Sequence record: OZ418233.1
Length of the DNA: 40,362 nucleotides
Source of the DNA: a phage
Strand: one strand, 5' to 3'
Shown here: positions 20,609-28,402 of the stretch, in pieces
Layout of the letters: every line of letters starts with the position of its first letter
Numbering within the stretch: position 1 is the first letter of the stretch
Notes under the pieces: model-generated
Databases searched by the model: none
What the model was told of the DNA's origin: nothing
The model's input: the letters and a program-made list of their open reading frames with translations, nothing else
Translations under genes and position numbers: made by a program

Positions 20609-20804
20609 GGAAGTGTTGTGTTTTTAATTATTTTGAGTGTGATAATTTCTGGTGGATTGTTATTTATTGACCGCTACAAATATTTTCTTAACCCTCAGAC
20701 TCAAGCTATTTGCTGGTTCATCTTTGTTGTGCAGGGAGTCGTTCTTGTTGCAAGCCTTATTGAGGGGAGGCCTCTTATTTTTACTGGGTAAATTAGGTGA
20801 CTAC

Positions 20805-21101
20805 ATGCAAGCTATAGGATTCATTGTTTATATCGTCGTTGGTCTTTTTCAGTTGGCAGCAATTATGGCTGGGCTTGAATCATGGTGGGGATTGCACTGG
20901 ATAATTGCAGCCCCCATTGCTTTCATCGTGAGCTATATTCCATTTGTTGGAGCGATTGTTGGTATGGTTGGCGCTGTGGATGTATGGCGGTGGGAGTGGT
21001 GGCAGGCTGGCCTTCTCTTCTTTGGTGGGATCATCTTTGCTATTGTCTGCGGTGGAATGTCATCATTTTTCGAATGGCTAGCATTCAGAAAAGGAACGTG
21101 A
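20805..21101 (+). CDS. small integral membrane protein (99 aa)
   Basis: ATG 20805 preceded by AGGTGA; about three hydrophobic helices; followed by a strong terminator. The longer ORF from 20652 lacks an RBS. Confidence 0.5.
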   Translation: MQAIGFIVYIVVGLFQLAAIMAGLESWWGLHWIIAAPIAFIVSYIPFVGAIVGMVGAVDVWRWEWWQAGLLFFGGIIFAIVCGGMSSFFEWLAFRKGT

Positions 21102-21110
21102 CATGTCACA

Positions 21111-21134
21111 GGCCGCTTTCGCGGCCTTGTTTTT
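21111..21134 (+). terminator. intrinsic terminator
   Basis: GGCCGC-TTTC-GCGGCC hairpin followed by TTGTTTTT. Confidence 0.65.
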
Positions 21135-21294
21135 AACGAATGCCACCGCCTCCCGGGCGGGAATCCGCAGAACGCCCACCGCAGCGGGAGCCGTCAGCGG
21201 CAGTATCGCTGTCGTGCTGACAACGACCGGCAAAGGCCTGAGTTGAAGCTACCAGAGACAACAAAACGAACAGTGCAGCAAATGCTTTTTTCAT
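21133..21294 (-). CDS. small secreted/lipoprotein-like peptide (53 aa)
   Basis: Internal Met of the 77-aa ORF gives MKKAFAALFVLLSLVASTQAFAG..., a signal-peptide-like N-terminus; weak RBS; uncertain gene. Confidence 0.3.
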   Translation of the reverse strand: MKKAFAALFVLLSLVASTQAFAGRCQHDSDTAADGSRCGGRSADSRPGGGGIR

Positions 21295-21387
21295 TGTGAA
21301 ATTTCCATCTATAAGCCACCTCAATGTGGCGTCAATGAGTGTAGCACTGACTTTTGTTTCGTCCACAAAAAATCCCGCAGCGCGGGC

Positions 21388-21831
21388 TTATTCTTCTTCT
21401 TCATCATTAAAAAGCGGATTGTTGTTTCCATCTGATGAAAGGAAAGGTATGTGTTCTCTTGAAAATCCAACAATGACAATTTCATTATCATTTTTTGCAT
21501 AATGAATGCATTCATTAGAATGCATTCCGCCAGGGTTGAAATTTAAGTTAATGGTATAATTCTTAAATGTGTTTGGATACCATGTTGGCCCACAATGATA
21601 ATGCCAATAATTCTCTTGCTCATAATTGTCTGAGCCGGGAATTTTATCATGGTTATCATCAACCCACGAGGGCTTGTTTTTTCCAACAAGCGCCCTTCCA
21701 TTGGCAACATCCTCTAAAAACCTTTGTATGATTTTTATTTCATCATCAGTAAGGAAAGGTCCGTCTACAGCGAAAGGGGTGTTGCTTTCCCCATGTAGAA
21801 AACTATTAGATATTCTAATGTTAAACTTCAA
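21388..21831 (-). CDS. hypothetical acidic protein (147 aa), AT-rich
   Basis: TTG start with RBS CAGGAG 7 nt upstream; visibly low GC versus flanks; strongly acidic (poly-E C-terminus); clustered His/Cys (HYHCGP, NECIHY); no family recognised. Confidence 0.5.
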   Translation of the reverse strand: MKFNIRISNSFLHGESNTPFAVDGPFLTDDEIKIIQRFLEDVANGRALVGKNKPSWVDDNHDKIPGSDNYEQENYWHYHCGPTWYPNTFKNYTINLNFNPGGMHSNECIHYAKNDNEIVIVGFSREHIPFLSSDGNNNPLFNDEEEE

Positions 21832-21851
21832 GGAAAACTCCTGATGTGCTT

Positions 21852-22019
21852 CTATTTGGAGCGAAATGCCGCCTTGAAGTCGCTAAAAGATGTTCCTGTC
21901 TGGTAAACCATATCCTTGTCGCGCTCTTTGCTTGCGCGACCAAGCATAACTTTTCCAATGACATCCCAGCATTGCTTGGCTTGTTCATTGTGCTGAGTAC
22001 GATTTTTCAACGCTGTCAT
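21852..22019 (-). CDS. hypothetical small protein (55 aa)
   Basis: Not in the supplied ORF track (below 60 aa); found by reading the minus strand: ATG with strong RBS AAGGAGG, translation MTALKNRTQHNEQAKQCWDVIGKVMLGRASKERDKDMVYQTGTSFSDFKAAFRSK, stop 21 bp upstream of the 147-aa gene. Confidence 0.35.
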   Translation of the reverse strand: MTALKNRTQHNEQAKQCWDVIGKVMLGRASKERDKDMVYQTGTSFSDFKAAFRSK

Positions 22020-22031
22020 ATCGCGCCTCCT

Positions 22032-22046
22032 TTACCTTTAAGGTAA
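22032..22046. promoter_or_regulatory. operator-like motif TTACC-TTTAA-GGTAA
   Basis: Perfect copy of the shared palindrome, 13 bp upstream of the 55-aa gene start, directly after a -10-like TAATAT on the minus strand. Confidence 0.55.
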
Positions 22047-22112
22047 TATTACGCGAATCTACATCACATCGCCAATGATTATTTTAAAGGCACATCCCTG
22101 TGCCGCCGCCCG

Positions 22113-22799
22113 TCAGAAGAACCCTGCTTTGTCGTTGATGTACTCCGCGTGGGTCTGGATATCACGCAGGCATTTGCTCACACCAACGATGTAGCAGAAC
22201 ATGGTGGTCAGCTCCGCCGCCGCTCCCGATACGTCGTGCCCGTCGTCCTGTAACTGGTTCAGCAGATTCATCAGCAGTGAGTTCTCCGTCAGGCCGAGAA
22301 CACCAGACGGCGAATGAATCAGGCTACGGTAGCCGGGCTTCAGTGGGGCGCTGTAGGTTTTGTTCTCTATCTTCATTGCCTGCATCACTGCTGACGCCGT
22401 GGCGTTGGCTACCTGGTCGGCAACCATCTTTATGCGTTCTTCTTGCGGGAGCGAGTTTTTAATGTAACTTCCGGTGCGGCGGATCTGAGGAAGAACCTCA
22501 CCTGTAACCCATTTACGAAAGCGGTATGGGATAGTGCCTGGTGTCACCGCATCGCGGCAGCGGAGGATCAGTGTGTAGAGGCCTGACTCGTTGATAATAT
22601 TGGTTTCGCCTTGACGGCCTAAGTTAAATTTAGCCCTTTCATCATCATCAAGAGATTTTATTGACATAGTGGGGTTTGTCAGTTGAAGAGCTTTAATAAC
22701 GTCTTTGGCAACAAACCAAGGATTTCCATCAATAACAATGGCTCGAATGGTTGCTTCTGATTCAAAATGAAAAACAGATGGGGTTACGTTAGCAGTCAT
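22113..22799 (-). CDS. Bro-N domain protein (antirepressor-like), 228 aa
   Basis: From internal ATG with RBS AGGTGA: MTANVTPSVFHFESEATIRAIVIDGNPWFVAKDVIKALQL... is a Bro-N-type N-terminal domain; C-terminal about 65 aa is paralogous to the small protein at 23945-24217. Confidence 0.7.
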   Translation of the reverse strand: MTANVTPSVFHFESEATIRAIVIDGNPWFVAKDVIKALQLTNPTMSIKSLDDDERAKFNLGRQGETNIINESGLYTLILRCRDAVTPGTIPYRFRKWVTGEVLPQIRRTGSYIKNSLPQEERIKMVADQVANATASAVMQAMKIENKTYSAPLKPGYRSLIHSPSGVLGLTENSLLMNLLNQLQDDGHDVSGAAAELTTMFCYIVGVSKCLRDIQTHAEYINDKAGFF

Positions 22800-22952
22800 A
22801 GTGATCACCTTTGTAGTTAGGTTAATCACCACTACCGACGCCAATCGGTTGGTGGTGAACTGTGCAGGGTTGGCGTAACCGGCTACAAAGGACCCGGCGC
22901 ACCTTTCGGTGCCCCCACACAGCCCACCATAGAATAGGTGCGCTTTACACAT

Positions 22953-22971
22953 AAAAAAACCGCTTATGCGG
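22953..22971 (-). terminator. candidate terminator/attenuator in the leader upstream of the Bro-N gene
   Basis: On the minus strand: GCCGCATAAGCGG hairpin followed by TTTTTTTA; lies between the operator/promoter region (about 23060-23080) and the Bro-N start. Confidence 0.3.
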
Positions 22972-23065
22972 CATATGTGCCTCTGTAGTAATCCGGGACG
23001 CCAATCCCGGCACTGGATTTTGCCAGTGCCCGATTACTATGGCACAAGAGGAGTGCGATGTAAAT

Positions 23066-23080
23066 TTACCGTAAAGGTAA
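23066..23080. promoter_or_regulatory. operator-like motif TTACC-GTAAA-GGTAA
   Basis: Perfect palindrome; on the minus strand it follows a -35/-10-like pair (TTGATT, 18 bp, TATCAT). Confidence 0.55.
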
Positions 23081-23158
23081 TGATAAGCGCGAAGAAACAT
23101 TAAAATCAACCGTATTTGGTTGATTGCGTTTAACGCTTGATCACCTGAAAGCAAGATA

Positions 23159-23173
23159 TTACCTTTAAGGTAA
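23159..23173. promoter_or_regulatory. operator-like motif TTACC-TTTAA-GGTAA
   Basis: Perfect palindrome 20 bp upstream of the ATG of the 242-aa gene. Confidence 0.55.
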
Positions 23174-23193
23174 TGTTATTGTGAGGAAAAGCA

Positions 23194-23922
23194 ATGGAAG
23201 TTTTCTGGATAGTTGTTGGTGTGGTTGCGGTGATTATTTACGTTATCAACCAGAACAAGACTAAGATCTCTGATCGTACGGTCGTTAATCATAACAAAAC
23301 GATAAAGACCGAAGATGGGGAGATAACGATTAATCGTACACAGGTGATAGAACACACCTCTACTCAGTTTCAAAAAACTGGAGGTAATGCGCCTAATATT
23401 TCCGCACCTCCTGCTTATGATAGTGCGGTAATCCAGACATATTATAAACAGCAGGAGTTAGCAAAAGAGAGGCAACTGATTCAGCCAAAGCCGTTTACAG
23501 CTGAGATTCCACCTGGAGTGTCAACGCGTCCGGCATATCATGGAAGATTCCCTGGTGATGACATATCGTCTCAGTCATCTAAAAAAGCACCTCAGGCAAT
23601 ATCAGAGCCAGCAAGAATACCTTCTGTATCGCCGCCAAAAGAAGAATCAGCTAACAGAGTTTCAAGTGGTAGCAAGCAGTGCTTGCGATGCAGAATAAAC
23701 CTTCCATATGAAAAATTCAGGAAATCGTCAAAAAATCCAGATGGATTGACTAAATGGTGTGCAAGGTGTCTCGATGGCCCAAAGAATACACGCCATATGA
23801 AGTGGTGCCCAATTTGTAATGTCCGCAGAAAACGAACCAGCTTTTACCCTAATAATCAAAATGCGGACGGCTTAATGGCATGGTGCAAAACGTGCTGGGA
23901 TGAGCACAAAGCGAAACGATAG
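23194..23922 (+). CDS. membrane-anchored protein with two CxxC zinc-ribbon-like pairs (242 aa)
   Basis: RBS GAGGAAAA; N-terminal hydrophobic helix followed by basic residues; Pro/Ser-rich linker; C-terminal C-x2-C repeats (CLRC, CARC, CPIC, CKTC). Confidence 0.55.
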   Translation: MEVFWIVVGVVAVIIYVINQNKTKISDRTVVNHNKTIKTEDGEITINRTQVIEHTSTQFQKTGGNAPNISAPPAYDSAVIQTYYKQQELAKERQLIQPKPFTAEIPPGVSTRPAYHGRFPGDDISSQSSKKAPQAISEPARIPSVSPPKEESANRVSSGSKQCLRCRINLPYEKFRKSSKNPDGLTKWCARCLDGPKNTRHMKWCPICNVRRKRTSFYPNNQNADGLMAWCKTCWDEHKAKR

Positions 23923-23944
23923 GCCGCTCTTGCGGCCTTTAAAT

Positions 23945-24217
23945 TTACCGGGTTTGTTTTCGTAATTGTTCGGCACAATAGTCGAGATGTGTTTGCAGAT
24001 CCCGCATAGACATCTGTGAGCTGGTGACGTAGTTAATCAGTGCAGTCAGTTCGGCAAGTGGGCCATCGACATTAAATCCATCCTTATCGAGATCCCGGAG
24101 TAATTTCATCAAGTGCGATCCCTCCACCAGTGACTTGACGCCTCCCGGCGTGTGAATCCTTTCGGTAAATCCGTCTTCCAGTGGATAGTGATACTGCTGC
24201 ATCTTAATCTTCTCCAT
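23945..24217 (-). CDS. small antirepressor-like protein (Bro C-terminal-domain paralog), 85-90 aa
   Basis: About 45% identical by eye over 60 aa to the C-terminus of the Bro-N protein (…LAELT…RD[IL]QTH…); second ATG at 24202 has RBS GGAGAAG; LexA-box-like palindrome immediately upstream. Confidence 0.55.
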   Translation of the reverse strand: MEKIKMQQYHYPLEDGFTERIHTPGGVKSLVEGSHLMKLLRDLDKDGFNVDGPLAELTALINYVTSSQMSMRDLQTHLDYCAEQLRKQTR

Positions 24218-24221
24218 GCAA

Positions 24222-24243
24222 TAACTGTATATTTATACAGTAT
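24222..24243. promoter_or_regulatory. LexA (SOS) box candidate
   Basis: TAACTGTATATTTATACAGTAT contains CTGT-N8-ACAG with AT-rich spacer, one mismatch from the E. coli consensus TACTGTATATATATACAGTA as I recall it; located just upstream of the small antirepressor-like gene. Confidence 0.65.
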
Positions 24244-24279
24244 CAAATAATTTGTTTGCTATCCAGCACGTTTTGCAAA

Positions 24280-24294
24280 TTACCTAAAAGGTAA
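24280..24294. promoter_or_regulatory. operator-like motif TTACC-TAAAA-GGTAA
   Basis: Perfect palindrome in the divergent intergenic region between the small antirepressor-like gene and the tailspike gene. Confidence 0.55.
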
Positions 24295-24398
24295 TATCTA
24301 TTTATATTCACAGTATTTCTATCCATATGTGGTTTTTCAGGTAATAGAATAACCAGATATGCGGCGCAACGGGTGCTGCGACTATCTGGAGATTTAAC

Positions 24399-26588
24399 AT
24401 GACGGTCTCAACCGAAGTTGACCACAACGAATACACCGGTAACGGCGTTACGACATCATTTCCGTATACCTTCCGTATTTTCAAAAAAACCGACCTGGTT
24501 GTTCAGGTGTCTGACCTGAACGGGAACGTAACAGAATTGGTTCTGGATACCGGTTATAAGGTAACTGGAGCGGGCACTTATAGTGGCGGTGAAGTGGTTC
24601 TCCCGTCGCCGCTTGCTGCTGGCTGGCGAATTACGATAGAGCGTGTGCTTGATGTGGTGCAGGAGACTGATCTTCGCAATCAGGGAAAATTTTTCCCCGA
24701 AGTTCATGAAGATGCATTTGACTACCTGACGATGCTGATCCAGCGATGTTTTGGGTGGTTCAGACGTGCATTGATGAAACCATCTTTGCTTGCAAAATAT
24801 TACGATGCAAAGCAAAACAAAATTTCTAACCTTGCAGATCCATCATTTGAGCAGGACGCTGTAAATAATCGCTCAATGCGTAATTATGTCGATGCTGCAA
24901 TCGCCGGGGTTGTTGGTGGTTTTGGTTGGTTTATACCGTCAGGAAGCGGGGCAAGACAACGAACATTTCAAAGCAAAATGAGGGATATAATTTCTCCTTG
25001 TGATTACGAAGATAATATTTTTATGATTAAGGAGTTGATATCCAAAGGCAAAAATGCCGCTGTTTTTAACTCATATTATACTTTTGTTATTACTGTTGGC
25101 GAATGGGGTGATTACCCTACACTCAAAGATGCAATCATTGCAGCCCAGTCAATGAGACCTATGTGGGATGGTGGTAATGCTTTCTGCGAAATAAGAATTA
25201 AGACCGGGCATATTATCAACTATCAAATTGAATTCAGTTCAGGTGTTGATTTGTCTTGGATTAAAATAACATCAGAAGACTCAGTGGTTTTCTCTGATAC
25301 TCGTTTGTTTACTAAAATCGTTAGAACGTATTACGAATACAAGTATTTATTTTACATTTGCGATGCAGCAAAAAGTCCTGTATTTGCTATTCAGATCGAA
25401 GAAAATAGAGATGATAGCGATGTTTGTGCATTTATTGTAACTCAAAAAGCTGAACTTAATTTCTATCCGTATTCAGGTGCTCGAAAGTTCTACGTTGGAA
25501 TTCATGGTAGTTTTGGTGCAAAAATTAGTGCATATCATACCGGATGTGCTCCTGATGAGGAAAGTGTTGCTGCATATATGCCAGAAGGGTATTACGTATG
25601 TGATTTTTCTTATAGCAGATACTCTTCCCTGCAACTGGTAAATAATGTCAAGGCATCAATGCCTGTAAGCAAGTTTGAACGGTGCACAGAGAGTACGGTT
25701 GCGTCAGTTAATTGTATTTATAATGTTAAAGCAGATTTTCAGGGGTCAAGTGCAAGCTATTGTTATATAGGATGGAATGTAAGAGATGGTTCAAATGTTA
25801 ATATACGCGACCATAAAACTATACATTGCTCATATCGTGGATTAACCTGCATTCATACAGCATATGTTGATGCAAGACGACATGACGTTGAAGAAAGTGA
25901 TGCAGAAACAAGTGGTAAAGTCCTTGAACCAAATATTGAAAAAGGTTTTTATGGATGTGCACTTGGTGTGCGTATTGATGGTGCGGGTTGCGTTGATGTT
26001 GCTGGTAATGATATGCGCAATTGTGGAACAGCCGTTAATGCAGACACTGGTGCTGTTATTTCAGGAAAGGCTGTAGATATCTCAGGGGCTGAGCTGGGAT
26101 TTGATTGCCATGCAGGAGCATCTGTTAATTTTCCAAGGCTATGGGGTACAGATATAAAAAAATTAATGCACCTCCAAGATGGTGTAAGGTTTAACTCTAA
26201 TATTTGTCATGTATTTGGTGCAAATCCCACAAAAGATATTAGATGGATTGATGTAGAGAGATCTGAAGCTTCTTTTATGAATGCAACGCTGGATGCAGAT
26301 TCAGGATTTATTGCCGACTGTGGTAGTAGGATAACCATTGAAGGAAGTAAAGTTAAAAACCAAACAATAAGAAGTTTTTTTGGATCATATGTGGCTATAA
26401 ATAATACTGTTGCTGACAGAACTTATTCAGATATAGCCGATGTTCCGCAGTTGACTATTAGTGGAGGATCTTTTATTTCTGCTACAGGATATTCTAATTC
26501 TGACTCCAGCCCTCTGAGGTTGAGCACAACACGAAATACACTTGGCGTTGGAGGAGCCATATTTTCAACCAATGGGGAAGTTTCATGA
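24399..26588 (+). CDS. tailspike / receptor-binding depolymerase (729 aa)
   Basis: N-terminal about 130 aa resembles the conserved particle-binding module of podovirus tailspikes (from memory); the remaining body is visibly AT-rich; RBS GGAG. Confidence 0.75.
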   Translation: MTVSTEVDHNEYTGNGVTTSFPYTFRIFKKTDLVVQVSDLNGNVTELVLDTGYKVTGAGTYSGGEVVLPSPLAAGWRITIERVLDVVQETDLRNQGKFFPEVHEDAFDYLTMLIQRCFGWFRRALMKPSLLAKYYDAKQNKISNLADPSFEQDAVNNRSMRNYVDAAIAGVVGGFGWFIPSGSGARQRTFQSKMRDIISPCDYEDNIFMIKELISKGKNAAVFNSYYTFVITVGEWGDYPTLKDAIIAAQSMRPMWDGGNAFCEIRIKTGHIINYQIEFSSGVDLSWIKITSEDSVVFSDTRLFTKIVRTYYEYKYLFYICDAAKSPVFAIQIEENRDDSDVCAFIVTQKAELNFYPYSGARKFYVGIHGSFGAKISAYHTGCAPDEESVAAYMPEGYYVCDFSYSRYSSLQLVNNVKASMPVSKFERCTESTVASVNCIYNVKADFQGSSASYCYIGWNVRDGSNVNIRDHKTIHCSYRGLTCIHTAYVDARRHDVEESDAETSGKVLEPNIEKGFYGCALGVRIDGAGCVDVAGNDMRNCGTAVNADTGAVISGKAVDISGAELGFDCHAGASVNFPRLWGTDIKKLMHLQDGVRFNSNICHVFGANPTKDIRWIDVERSEASFMNATLDADSGFIADCGSRITIEGSKVKNQTIRSFFGSYVAINNTVADRTYSDIADVPQLTISGGSFISATGYSNSDSSPLRLSTTRNTLGVGGAIFSTNGEVS

Positions 26589-26881
26589 TTAAGAGCATTG
26601 ATGTCACTCCATTTCTTCACTCGCTTTGCGCTTTTGCGGCTCAGGTACTGGTTGGTATTTTTACCGGAAACTGGGCTTACGGTGCGATAGCCGGTTGTAC
26701 GTTCTTCATTGCGCGTGAACACACCCAGGCAGAATATCGCTGGATAGAAAAGTTTGGGAAAGGGAAACGTATCAACATGCCGTGGTGGGGAGGTTTTGAT
26801 CCACGCGTGTGGGATGTGGGAAGTCTGTTGGATTTTGCTGTTCCTGTTGTTTTTTGTTTTTGTGTTTATTTCTCTATTTGA
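26585..26881 (+). CDS. membrane protein, possible holin-class lysis protein (98 aa)
   Basis: ATG overlaps tailspike stop (ATGA); two or three hydrophobic helices; first gene of the lysis cassette block. Confidence 0.4.
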   Translation: MIKSIDVTPFLHSLCAFAAQVLVGIFTGNWAYGAIAGCTFFIAREHTQAEYRWIEKFGKGKRINMPWWGGFDPRVWDVGSLLDFAVPVVFCFCVYFSI

Positions 26882-27083
26882 CTGCTACCGCGCCATTAAA
26901 TGGTGCGGTATTCAACCTGCTCTTCACTGTTTGTTTCTTCAGAGTCATGTAAAAGGTGAGCTTTATTCTCGGCATGAAAAACAGGGAATTGACGATGTTA
27001 AAGTAACAAAAAACCATAAATGGTTTATTATGCGTAATGCTTTACTGTTCAGGAGGTTGTTATGCATATAAACGGTGGAAAAC

Positions 27084-27488
27084 ATGTCAGCTCAACTAAC
27101 CAGTGAAACTTTAAATCAGTGGCTTAGCATGAGTTCTCTGGCGGCGGTGATAGCAGGAGTTCCTCCTGAGGTTGCTTTGGGTGCTTTGGCTGGAGCGGTA
27201 ATTTTTGTTACCTCTGCAGTAGAGTACCCCATCCGTCGCCGGGTGCTCCTGTCGATGCTCAGCTTTCTTTGCGGCCTTCTCTTTTACAAACCAGCAGCAT
27301 CAATTCTTATCGGCATAGCCAGCCTGATCCCTACCATCACGCAGGACTCTTTTGAAAAAGGGATTGTTTTCTCTGCAGGCGCATTCGTGTCAGCAATTGT
27401 CGCTGTGCGTATTGGTATATGGCTCTATCACCGTTCCGATAATCCACGCGAGTTAATTCCGGGGAGAAAAGACGATGGTAACGCATGA
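27084..27488 (+). CDS. membrane protein, possible holin/antiholin (134 aa)
   Basis: ATG 27084 preceded by GGTGG; multiple hydrophobic helices; located before the endolysin gene. Confidence 0.4.
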   Translation: MSAQLTSETLNQWLSMSSLAAVIAGVPPEVALGALAGAVIFVTSAVEYPIRRRVLLSMLSFLCGLLFYKPAASILIGIASLIPTITQDSFEKGIVFSAGAFVSAIVAVRIGIWLYHRSDNPRELIPGRKDDGNA

Positions 27489-27783
27489 GTTTTTTTTGCT
27501 TATCACCAATGCAGTTATTTGCACTGGCATAGCAATTCGCGTTGTCACATTCCGGCGTAACGGCTCTCAACACCGAAGGTGGGGAGGATGGCTTGCTTAT
27601 TTCCTGATTGTTGCTGCGGCCAGTATTCCTGTTCGTGTCGCCTATGCAATCTGGTTACGTACGCCAATGGCTGTGGATTTATCTGAGGTCATTATCAACG
27701 CTGTCATGCTAGCTGCGGTTATTAAAACGCGCGGTAACGTCGTTCAAATTTTCAAAGTATCGAGGTCTAAACATGGAGATTAA
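27475..27783 (+). CDS. membrane protein, possible holin (102 aa)
   Basis: Overlaps previous and next genes; three hydrophobic segments; immediately upstream of endolysin. Confidence 0.45.
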   Translation: MVTHEFFLLITNAVICTGIAIRVVTFRRNGSQHRRWGGWLAYFLIVAAASIPVRVAYAIWLRTPMAVDLSEVIINAVMLAAVIKTRGNVVQIFKVSRSKHGD

Positions 27784-28402
27784 ACAATTCCAGCGAGCTG
27801 CTGGTATCAGCGAGGCACTGGCCGCACGCTGGTTCTCGCATATAACTTCTGCGATGAAAGAGTTTGGTATCAGCAAACCAGAAGATCAGGCTATGTTTAT
27901 TGCTCAGGTCGGGCATGAGTCTGGAGGCTTCACCCGGTTGCAGGAGAATTTCAACTACAGCGTCAGCGGACTGGCTAACTTTGTTCGGGCTGGGCGTCTC
28001 ACTCAGGGACAGGCCAACGCATTGGGGCGACGTGCAGGCGAACCACCATTGCCACTTGAGCGCCAGAGAGCGATTGCCAATCTGGTGTACAGCAAACGCA
28101 TGGGGAACAATGCCCCTGGTGATGGCTGGAACTACCGTGGGCGCGGGCTTATCCAGGTTACCGGTTTGAATAACTATCGTGACTGTGGAAACGGTCTTAA
28201 GGTTGACCTGCTGGAGAGTCCTGAACTGCTGGCGCAGGACGAATACGCGGCTCGTAGCGCGGCGTGGTTCTTTGCCAGCAAAGGATGCATGAAGTATACC
28301 GGCGATATTGCACGTGTAACTCTGATTATCAATGGTGGCCGGAACGGCATCGACGACCGGCGCGCGCGATACATCAATGCCAGTAAGGTGCTGGCGGTAT
28401 GA
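27773..28402 (+). CDS. endolysin, glycoside hydrolase family 19-type lysozyme
   Basis: Motifs as I recall them for GH19 phage endolysins ([30 protein letters not shown]); followed by overlapping spanin genes. Confidence 0.8.
   Translation: MEIKQFQRAAGISEALAARWFSHITSAMKEFGISKPEDQAMFIAQVGHESGGFTRLQENFNYSVSGLANFVRAGRLTQGQANALGRRAGEPPLPLERQRAIANLVYSKRMGNNAPGDGWNYRGRGLIQVTGLNNYRDCGNGLKVDLLESPELLAQDEYAARSAAWFFASKGCMKYTGDIARVTLIINGGRNGIDDRRARYINASKVLAV

Noticed and set aside
20652-20804. Longer 149-aa form of the membrane protein starting at GTG 20652
   Set aside because: No RBS and a non-membrane-like N-terminal extension; ATG 20805 with AGGTGA is preferred.
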